Shown in pieces: positions 56,594-64,000 of a stretch of 64,000 nucleotides of DNA. Origin of the DNA: Candidatus Bathyarchaeota archaeon (GTDB taxonomy: Archaea; Thermoproteota; Bathyarchaeia; Bathyarchaeales; Bathyarchaeaceae). The translations under genes were made by a program, and so were the position numbers. The stretch covers positions 5,206 through 69,205 of the forward strand of contig CAVOMX010000006.1 of the NCBI GenBank assembly GCA_963697165.1. The letters run 5' to 3'. How positions within the stretch are numbered: position 1 is the first letter of the stretch; each line of letters starts with the position of its first letter. A model generated the notes under the pieces. It made no database searches. It was not told the DNA's origin and was given only the letters and a program-made list of their open reading frames with translations.

Positions 56594-57079
56594 ATGTTTA
56601 ATAAGATACTTGTTCCTTTAGATTGTTCCAAATATGCAGAAACTTCTTTGAAAGTAGCGATTGAGATAGCTAAGAAATTTAAGAAAGTAGCGATTGAGAT
56701 AGCTAAGAAATTTAATAGTAGTCTTTCTTTAGTGCATGTTGTTTCATCTCGTAAAGAGTATTGTAGATCTGGGATTACTGGAAAACTTAGAGTCAAATGT
56801 AACTTAGACGAAGTTACTGACAAAGACATCCCAAAGATTTGTAATGCACTTTTAGATACAAGTAAAAATACAGTTATTGCTGAAGGAGTTTCAGTAAATA
56901 CAATACTGAAAGAAGGTAAAGTTGTAGAAGAGATACTGAATACGATTAAGGAAGGAAAATTCGATTTAGTTGTAATGGGTTCTAGAGGTCAGGGTTTGAT
57001 AAAAAAAATATTCTTAGGGAGTGTTAGTGAAGGAGTTAGTAAAGAAGCTATATGTCCGGTTTTATTGACAAGAAATTAA
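56594..57079 (+). CDS. Universal stress protein with an 11-aa tandem duplication
   Basis: MFNKILVPLD, DLVVMGSRG, LGSVS and CPVL motifs. Confidence 0.92.
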   Translation: MFNKILVPLDCSKYAETSLKVAIEIAKKFKKVAIEIAKKFNSSLSLVHVVSSRKEYCRSGITGKLRVKCNLDEVTDKDIPKICNALLDTSKNTVIAEGVSVNTILKEGKVVEEILNTIKEGKFDLVVMGSRGQGLIKKIFLGSVSEGVSKEAICPVLLTRN

Positions 57080-57205
57080 GGTTTACAAGAATATTCACAG
57101 CAAAGATTGTGACGTCGCCCCGGGCTTTCCTGCAAAACTTCTTTTTTCAAAGATTAAAATGTAATCCCAAAAATATTTAAGAATTTAAAATTAAAGATAG
57201 CAAAT

Positions 57206-57430
57206 ATGAAAACAGTATATTTGAAGGTCTTAGGTTATGTTGGCGAAATTCTGGGTAATTTTATAATAATAGCAGGATTTTTTCTAATGTTCAATGATCC
57301 AAGCCAAGAATATAGATCGCTTGAAATTGTTTTGTTTTCGGTTGGTGCAATTCTATTGGGAATAGGACTAATTAGTTATATATTATTCCGCAACAAAACT
57401 ACGGGAATTATGTTCCAGAAGGCATGTTGA
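57206..57430 (+). CDS. Small 2-TM membrane protein
   Basis: 74-aa hydrophobic ORF. Confidence 0.5.
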   Translation: MKTVYLKVLGYVGEILGNFIIIAGFFLMFNDPSQEYRSLEIVLFSVGAILLGIGLISYILFRNKTTGIMFQKAC

Positions 57431-57581
57431 AACCTACATATTTTATGCTAGTATGCCCTACCTAAACCGATTAAAATTCAAATACGAAAATTAGGTGAAA
57501 AGCAAGACTTCTCTTTTTTAAACCATTTGCCTAAAATTATCTCATTTCAAGCAAGGAAAAATTATTGCTGGATTTGAAGGA

Positions 57582-57788
57582 ATGTTTGGCGGAGAAGTTA
57601 CTGCCTATAGTTCTGAGGTAGAAAAAGCTAGAAACGAGTCAATGGAAAGATTGATCGAGAACGCCAAAAGTGTAGGTGCAAATGCAGTTGTTCGCACAGA
57701 TTTTGAAACAAGCGATATACTAAACGGAACAGTCACAATATTTTCTGCCTACGGGACAGCGGTGATTATTAATCCTCTTAAAAAGTAG
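57582..57788 (+). pseudogene. 5'-truncated YbjQ/UPF0145 family gene
   Basis: GGEVTAY..AR..A...GANAVV..AYGTAV matches the C-terminal part of YbjQ; N-terminus not found. Confidence 0.65.
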
Positions 57789-57854
57789 GCTTAATCAGAG
57801 ATAATAAAATTCAGCAAATTAAAAAAAGGGAATTTTTGCGGGAGATGTCTCCAC

Positions 57855-57965
57855 TATGGGGAACATTTCAGCGAATGTATCCTCTATTCTTACTGGGTCT
57901 TGTTTTCCGGGTACTTTTACAATGAAATCGTTATCTTCTTTTTTAATAACTTCAAGAGATGCCAT
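57855..57965 (-). pseudogene. ftr: Displaced 5' fragment of ftr
   Basis: Translates MASLEVIKKEDNDFIVKVPGKQDPVRIEDTFAEMFP; upstream GGAG and TATAAATA box. Confidence 0.8.
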
Positions 57966-58088
57966 TATCTTTTACTCCATTAACTCTATCTTCTTCCACT
58001 CTGGGAATTATCTGAGCGTGATTTGAGAAGTTCTCATCTTTATTTATACTTTTAGTTGTTGCGGTGTTGGTTTAATTGTACTGTTATG

Positions 58089-59153
58089 TTAACTAATCTG
58101 TAATGTGTCAATAGGTGTTTTGAGGCGCTTTGGTTTGTCGGAGATTTTATTGATAAAACGTGTTTCAAAGAGGTATATGATAGATAGGTAGGCAAACATC
58201 CAGGCAATGAAAAAGAATTCTCCATAAAACTCGTGAAACAATTTAGCTGGTGAGTCTCCACCATGAATTCCTAATACATAAATCGTTACTATTCTGAGGA
58301 TGTTGACGAAAAATGTTCCAGCTGCTCCTACGATAACGTAAATTATTTTTCTGATACGGGATATGCTGGTACCCCTGAGGAACAACATAATCATAAACGA
58401 ATACAGGAAGAGGCTGTGGCTTCCAGCACAAGACCATGCCACATAAGCTGAATAGCTATTGATTCCGTTAGATGCATAGAGACCCAGAGTGTTGTCGATT
58501 CCCGAGAATGTACGAGTCGCGTAGCCCAACAGATTCAGGATAAACTCTGCTCCTGATGCTGTAATGGGAACAAGGGACTGCAAAACAGTGAATGTGCCAT
58601 TGGGATAGAATGTGTCAATCATGTAAAAGATTCCTACGCCTCCTATAAAAAAGGAGGAGACAGAGAATATCTTCAGTCCCTGACCTCCATACAGAAGCCA
58701 AATTGATGCCACAAAAAATACTGCAAAGAGAATATACTCAAGGGAGAAAGGCCAAGAATGAGTCAAATACCATGTATCTCCATCTATAATGGGTACACCA
58801 ACGGCTCTTCCCAGTTCAATTATTCCCGACTGTAAACCAAAGTTAAGTCCAACCGCGTATATTGTAGGCAGAAGCAAAGTTACTGCTGCTAACACTGTTT
58901 TTTTGGTCCAGACCTTTGGGTGTTCTGTTTTGAGTTTTTTCCATCCGAGGGCTACCTCTAAGGAGAATAGCCAGAGAAAGAGAAGGTACGGCGCTCTGCC
59001 CTTCCACAGGTAATTGAAGGAGTCAGCGTCTATGATATAAATGGTTAGCAGTGGAACAATGAAAGCTGCAAGAACGAGGGCAGTCTGTAGAAGAAACGGG
59101 CGATCTATTCTGGAAATGAGTAATTTTAGTTGTTCTTTTGAGGAGGTTATCAT
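58089..59153 (-). CDS. Archaeosortase/exosortase family protein
   Basis: Multi-TM; VAWSCAG catalytic Cys, NILRI Arg, FHE His; PEF-CTERM proteins in the same window. Confidence 0.85.
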   Translation of the reverse strand: MITSSKEQLKLLISRIDRPFLLQTALVLAAFIVPLLTIYIIDADSFNYLWKGRAPYLLFLWLFSLEVALGWKKLKTEHPKVWTKKTVLAAVTLLLPTIYAVGLNFGLQSGIIELGRAVGVPIIDGDTWYLTHSWPFSLEYILFAVFFVASIWLLYGGQGLKIFSVSSFFIGGVGIFYMIDTFYPNGTFTVLQSLVPITASGAEFILNLLGYATRTFSGIDNTLGLYASNGINSYSAYVAWSCAGSHSLFLYSFMIMLFLRGTSISRIRKIIYVIVGAAGTFFVNILRIVTIYVLGIHGGDSPAKLFHEFYGEFFFIAWMFAYLSIIYLFETRFINKISDKPKRLKTPIDTLQIS

Positions 59154-59252
59154 AGTGGTTAAGTCCTACCGAACATGAGGTAACGTCCTACAGAGAATAC
59201 CCTTATTTCCATTAGCAATAAAATAACAATTTTGTTCTATAGATGCTGAAAA

Positions 59253-59655
59253 TCATTCTTTCTGTTCCTTAAAATTTAGGGATATCGAGTTGATACAGAA
59301 ACGTTGACCAGTAGGCGTTGGGCTGTCGTCGAAGATGTGTCCAAGGTGTCCGCCACATTTTTTGCAGGTCACCTCGATTCTATGCATTCCAAAACGGTTA
59401 TCTCTTTTTTCTTCGATATTGTCCTTCGATACTGTACCCCAAAAACTGGGCCAGCCTGTTCCCGAATCAAATTTTGTGTCTGAACTAAAAAGTTCGTTTC
59501 CGCAGCCACCGCATACATAAATGCCTTTTTTCTTGTTCTTTAGATACTTTCCGGTGAAGGCAGGTTCGGTTCCTTTTTCTCTAAGCACATGATATTCTTC
59601 TGGAGAAAGAAGTTCCTTCCATTCATCTTCTGTTTTTGTTTTGATGGCTTTTCAC
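59253..59655 (-). CDS. msrB: Peptide methionine (R)-sulfoxide reductase (5' end has a probable frameshift)
   Basis: GTEPAFTG, KFDSGTGWPSF, HLGHIF, RFCINS; frame extends upstream as KTEDEWKELLSPEEY. Confidence 0.93.
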
Positions 59656-59746
59656 TTCCCTGACGTTTCATGATTTTCAAAACTTAATCGTTACCATGGC
59701 GGGTTTGTTACAAATCTTATATTTATTGTTGCTTTAAAAGTTATAC

Positions 59747-60169
59747 TTGAACAAAGAAAGTGGTGAATTGAGCGAATTCAAATATCCTGCCTCCTTCAAG
59801 GGAAAATATCTAGGTGTTCTTGTTTTGGTTATTGTACAGTTTTTAGGGGGGATTGTTCACGCTATTATCGGTTTTTTTCTCATATACGCAGTTTCTGGAG
59901 TACTTGTCTATAACATTTACACGTTTCTCTATGGCATTTTTAGCATGATTTTCGTGTATGGTCTTTGGACCGGCAAAAAATCAGGCTGGTTAGGCACCAT
60001 AATTTTGTCCCTTTTCGTTATTGTAGTAGATGTTTCTACCGTTTTGAATTTGCAACTGATAGCTGGGGTTCCGAAGAGTGCCGCGTTCGGCGAAATTTTC
60101 GTCAGCATTATATTTATTGCATATCTGCTTCAACACAAAGTTGTTCGCGTGTTCAAGGAAACCAACTAG
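59747..60169 (+). CDS. Hypothetical 4-TM membrane protein
   Basis: Four hydrophobic segments. Confidence 0.65.
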   Translation: MNKESGELSEFKYPASFKGKYLGVLVLVIVQFLGGIVHAIIGFFLIYAVSGVLVYNIYTFLYGIFSMIFVYGLWTGKKSGWLGTIILSLFVIVVDVSTVLNLQLIAGVPKSAAFGEIFVSIIFIAYLLQHKVVRVFKETN

Positions 60170-60208
60170 CTTTCTGCTATCCCTTAACTTGATAGAACAG
60201 CTGTCACG

Positions 60209-60425
60209 CTATTGGCTTTTCTCTCTTTCTACAATGAAAGAAATTTTTACATCAGCGTTGTATTCCACAATTTTGTTATTTTTAACCTTAGCAGTACATC
60301 GCTTTACATGGATTCCTTTGATGTTCTTTATGGTCTTAGCTGCTTCTGTGACAGCATTTTGTGCAGCTTCGCTCCAGCCAATTGTGAGAACTACCTATCA
60401 ACTCGATAATTTTTACAACAGACAT
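60209..60425 (-). CDS. Dodecin family flavin-binding protein (frameshift near 60385; missed by the ORF track)
   Basis: MSVVKIIELIGSS / GWSEAAQNAVTEAAKTIRNIKGIHV..KIVEYNADVKISF. Confidence 0.85.
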
Positions 60426-60578
60426 AACTTCACCTCCCCAATTAACTAAATATCTATACACTGATTTCAGTTTTTCGATTGTCAAGCTTAACTTTTATTG
60501 CACTAAAACACAGAATTTTTTGATGTTTTCTGTTAACTTGGTATACACATTTATTTCTGGTTGAGTATTAATTACTTC

Positions 60579-60642
60579 GCCGGATGACGAAAAGGCATTA
60601 GCTTGACGCTTCAGGATGAAATCTCAGAGTTACTCTGACGGC
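60579..60642 (+). ncRNA. Box C/D methylation guide sRNA
   Basis: Terminal stem GCCG/CGGC, C box ATGACGA 60584, D' TTGA 60603, C'-like GATGAAA 60615, D box CTGA 60635; guides complementary to 23S-like sequence. Confidence 0.75.
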
Positions 60643-61012
60643 ACCTATTGAGTTATTTTAGATGTCTCTATACCATAGCATTGTCCACATCAGAGCCACG
60701 CCTGCGAGTAGACTCCAGTCCTACAACACCGAAGTTTAGCGGAAATTGGGTCACCACAAATAGCCAGACAGAAAAGACTACCCACATAATCGCGAGCCAC
60801 ATCAGGAATATCTTGTTTGACAGCCTCATTGTTCATCTTTTATATCTTTTTTATATTTAATAGAAAAAGTCTATGAACCAAAAATATTGATTCTGAATAA
60901 TGACTTCAAAAAATTGGGAATAAGGTTTTCTGAATTGCTTTAGGTTATCTGCGTATATATGTAGTAATATTATATATACCCTCTAATTGTATCTGAACAG
61001 TAGTGGTGAAGT

Positions 61013-62029
61013 ATGGATCAACGCAAAATCATGTCTCTTGGAAGGTCCTCATTAGTTGTTTCTCTACCTAAACATTGGACGAAGCTGAACGAATTAAAGC
61101 AAGGTGACGTTGTTTCCTTAGCCATTCAACGTGATCGTTCCCTAGCAATTTTTCCTGGGATGGGAAGTAAAAAAGGTGCGAAAGAAACATCGTTACATAT
61201 AGATCCAAATGAAAAAGCTAGCACAATTAAGAGAAACATAATTTCAATTTATTTAAATGGATATACAAGCGTAATACTTTTTTCAAAGGGTATCTTTCCA
61301 GTTTTTCAACAGAAGGCAATACGTAACATAGTTCAGAGGCTTTATATGCGAATTATGGAATGCGATGCCAAGACCATGCATATTGTAAGTCTTATGGACG
61401 AAACAAAGGCCTCTGTACCTTCTGGTATACAACGGATGCATATACTTTCTAATTCGATGCTTCAAGAGGTTTTATCTTCCCTGGAAACTCAAGACCCCGA
61501 TTTGGCAAAAACAGCATTTCAATTAGAAGATGATGTCAACCATTTCTCTTATTTTATTCTCAGAACACTCCGAAGAGCAGCATTAGAGCCGGCATTTGCA
61601 AATAGCTTGGATTTAGAGATGACTGACTGCTTTGACTATCAGATGCTTGTTTATCGTATTAAACAAGTTGCTAACAGCACTAGTGACATAGCCAAGCACA
61701 TAGTAATGTTAAGTCAACAACAACTAAAAATCTCTGATCAACTAATAGAATTAATGCAACATGCTGGCAAAAACGCACACGAACTCTATACTCAAGCGTT
61801 CAAAGCTTATTTTTCAAACACTGTTGGCAAAGCTGAGGAATTGATTGAACGCGGAAAAATTGTAGTGAAATCAGATCAAGAAATTGCCACATGGGCTTTT
61901 TTACATGAAAAAAAGAATCCTGTTATTCTCTGTTCTACCTGTTCAATACGCGAGAACATAAAGAGTATTGCAGAATATGGAATTAAGATTGCAGTAACTA
62001 CTATCGATCGTTCCTTTAGCCCAAAATAG
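61013..62029 (+). CDS. AbrB-PhoU family regulator
   Basis: RKIMSLGRSSLVVSLPKHW followed by PhoU-like domains. Confidence 0.85.
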   Translation: MDQRKIMSLGRSSLVVSLPKHWTKLNELKQGDVVSLAIQRDRSLAIFPGMGSKKGAKETSLHIDPNEKASTIKRNIISIYLNGYTSVILFSKGIFPVFQQKAIRNIVQRLYMRIMECDAKTMHIVSLMDETKASVPSGIQRMHILSNSMLQEVLSSLETQDPDLAKTAFQLEDDVNHFSYFILRTLRRAALEPAFANSLDLEMTDCFDYQMLVYRIKQVANSTSDIAKHIVMLSQQQLKISDQLIELMQHAGKNAHELYTQAFKAYFSNTVGKAEELIERGKIVVKSDQEIATWAFLHEKKNPVILCSTCSIRENIKSIAEYGIKIAVTTIDRSFSPK

Positions 62030-62067
62030 AGGTTTATAGCCCCCAGTTGGGGGCTAATTCGATTCAT

Positions 62068-63804
62068 TTATTTTTTATTGGGGAAGTTGAGGACTAACTC
62101 TAGTGCACTTGATTTTATTGTTTTCTGTTGTAGTTTTCTAGCTAGTTCCATCGCGAAGTTGTAGTTATATTGGCCTTTTCCTGTTCTTCGAACTTCTTTT
62201 AGCATTTCAATTTCTGTTTCATGTTTGAGTTGTCCTATCGCTAATGCACCAATTCCATAAATTCCTTGCGCGATTTCGCGCATATCATCGTGCGGTTTTA
62301 TGCCTTCAACTCCAAGTGGTGGAATGGCGTTTATGTCTGCTAAAACTTTTAGAAGCCTTACTTTTTGTAGCATATCTTTATCTATGATTTGAATTCCACG
62401 GGTTCCTGCACAGAATATTACTTCAGCTTTTTCGAAGAGCTCAAATTTTTTCTCAGCGTTAGGCGCGAAAAATCCTTTAACGTTTACTCCATATTTTGTG
62501 TTTATTTTTTCTGCAAGTTCTGCTGCATATTCATCGCCATTTTGTCTATTGGGATTCAAGCTCGCAATCGTAACATCAGACCCAAGTTTTGCTAACAAGA
62601 CAGAGATTATTCTTCCTACAGAACCTGTGCCGAAAACTGCACAAGTTTTATTGCCTAGATTTCCAAGGTTATTAGAAGATATTGCTTCTTCTACTTTGGC
62701 AACCGCTGCTGCTGCAGTTGTATATGCACCCGCTGGATCTATTACGACACTTGCGTTGAATGGGGCAAACATTGCTTTTGTTATTACATTTGCGGTTTCT
62801 TCTGCTTGATCAATGTCTTTTCCTCCAACGAAAAAGGTGGTTCGTTTTACTCCTTTTGGACCTCTTGAAAAAACTGCATCTTCAACTATAGTTTTGGCGT
62901 CTTTTGAGTTAACGTTTTCGTATGGTATTACTGCATCATATCCTGCGTCATATGCCATGCAAACGTCGAATGGGCTGGCTATTTTGTCTGAATCTAGGAA
63001 AAACAACAGGTAAGGTAATTCTATTGACTCTTTTTTAAGTGTTGGTTTTACTTTAATTTGCATAGCCTGTACTAGTTCATCTATGCTTTTCATTTGTGAC
63101 GCATCTTGGAAGGGTAAATTCACTTCCTTTGAAACTGTTATTGTTTCAACTGTGACGTTTAATTTTTCTAATAGTTTTGCTATTCCTTTTGAATGTTCAG
63201 GGCTACTAATGTGAATAGACATCAATTCTTTGTTTGAATTTATGTTTCTTGCTGTCTCTAAAATTTTCATAACAATCCATCTTTCTCTTACAGAGAAATT
63301 TACTTCATTTTCTTGTTTTTCTAGTTCACTCTGCAGATATTGGCCATATGCAATCATGTATTCTTCTTCAATACGGGACTCAGATTGTTTTTCTTTTTTC
63401 GTAAAACGAGCATTCAATTCTTTAATGATTTGATCTCTAAGTTGTTTCTTTTCATCTAATTGTTGAGCTATATATGATTTAGCATTTTCTTCGATATCAG
63501 CTGGGAATAAAGAAATGTTATTTTTACTAAAGACTGGTAATAGATTATTGTTATCGTTAAACTCTTCAATTGAACGCATGCCCAGCTCATCTGTAGCAAA
63601 ATTTGGTTTAACCTTTTTGATCAATTTTTCCAGAAAACCAGTGAAAGCAATAGATGGTTTCTGAAGTGCACTCAGTTCATTGTGAGGTTTGTTGGTAGGT
63701 TCTATCAACCCGAAGGGTTCATTATATTCTTTTTCAACTAATAGAACTGTTAATTTTTTGTCTTTTAATTGTTTCAGTTCCAATGACTCCATTTTTCTCA
63801 CCAA
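62068..63804 (-). CDS. NAD(P)-dependent methylene-H4MPT dehydrogenase (MtdA/B-like) fused to a ~260-aa N-terminal domain
   Basis: SPFDVCMAYDAGYD, FSRGP, DPAGAYTTAAA, GTGSVG, ADINAIPPLG and GIGALAIGQLK motifs. Confidence 0.82.
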   Translation of the reverse strand: MVRKMESLELKQLKDKKLTVLLVEKEYNEPFGLIEPTNKPHNELSALQKPSIAFTGFLEKLIKKVKPNFATDELGMRSIEEFNDNNNLLPVFSKNNISLFPADIEENAKSYIAQQLDEKKQLRDQIIKELNARFTKKEKQSESRIEEEYMIAYGQYLQSELEKQENEVNFSVRERWIVMKILETARNINSNKELMSIHISSPEHSKGIAKLLEKLNVTVETITVSKEVNLPFQDASQMKSIDELVQAMQIKVKPTLKKESIELPYLLFFLDSDKIASPFDVCMAYDAGYDAVIPYENVNSKDAKTIVEDAVFSRGPKGVKRTTFFVGGKDIDQAEETANVITKAMFAPFNASVVIDPAGAYTTAAAAVAKVEEAISSNNLGNLGNKTCAVFGTGSVGRIISVLLAKLGSDVTIASLNPNRQNGDEYAAELAEKINTKYGVNVKGFFAPNAEKKFELFEKAEVIFCAGTRGIQIIDKDMLQKVRLLKVLADINAIPPLGVEGIKPHDDMREIAQGIYGIGALAIGQLKHETEIEMLKEVRRTGKGQYNYNFAMELARKLQQKTIKSSALELVLNFPNKK

Positions 63805-64000
63805 TTTTTTTATTAATTTTTCCGTGATATGCTGTCACTCTAAAAAAATATATACTTTTTCGATATATTGTATGTAATGATTAATACTATATATACAAAA
63901 TCGCTAGAAATTACGCCCTTTTTCACTAAATTATATAAGCTCCATTATTACATGACACTATGTAATAAATCAGGTGATTGCATGGAGACCTCGATTCAAA

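Larger units (their letters stand above)
52110..57887. mobile_element. Tyrosine-integrase element inserted in the 5' end of ftr
   Basis: 29-bp direct repeat (27/29 match) at 52110-52138 and 57859-57887, both encoding IEDTFAEMFP; integrase abuts the left end. Confidence 0.8.

Noticed and set aside
15619-57170. Canonical integron (attC) or Xer dif sites
   Set aside because: The GTT half precedes the AAC half with a 1-bp centre, there are no long attC hairpins or 11-6-11 geometry, and genes face both ways
1088-60425. Widespread frameshifts read as programmed frameshifting, phase variation or pseudogenisation
   Set aside because: They hit unrelated genes, are mostly single-base indels without other decay, and one falls in only one of two otherwise identical repeat copies; sequencing error is the simplest explanation
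60648-60860. Plus-strand 70-aa ORF
   Set aside because: Unconvincing composition; a short hydrophobic minus-strand ORF (about 60668-60829) is at least as plausible, and neither can be assigned

Overview
Chromosomal window from an archaeon, most likely Bathyarchaeia. This is inferred from TBP, RNase HII, Ftr, AfpA, an archaeosortase with PEF-CTERM proteins, PQQ-like beta-propeller surface proteins and a Zn-ribbon tyrosine integrase ending in FRKRK. Many genes carry single-base frameshifts, which look like unpolished long-read errors. Five main observations: (1) An intergenic palindrome GGGTTAAA-W-TTTAACCC, often with a (CCCAAA)n tail, occurs about 15 times and separates single genes like cassettes, most strictly at 39.98-49.22 kb. 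(2) A ~5.75 kb tyrosine-integrase element sits inside the 5' end of ftr, with a diverged second copy of the ftr N-terminus at its far end; it carries a TIR-repeat gene and repeat-flanked mini-modules. (3) An operon encodes a GcvH-like protein whose lipoyl-lysine is replaced by a two-cysteine loop, followed by NuoE/NuoF/NuoG-like subunits and MetV-like domains, with no catalytic hydrogenase subunit. (4) A box C/D sRNA is predicted to guide methylation of 23S helix 69/71. (5) A methylotroph-type Mtd is fused to an unknown N-terminal domain.
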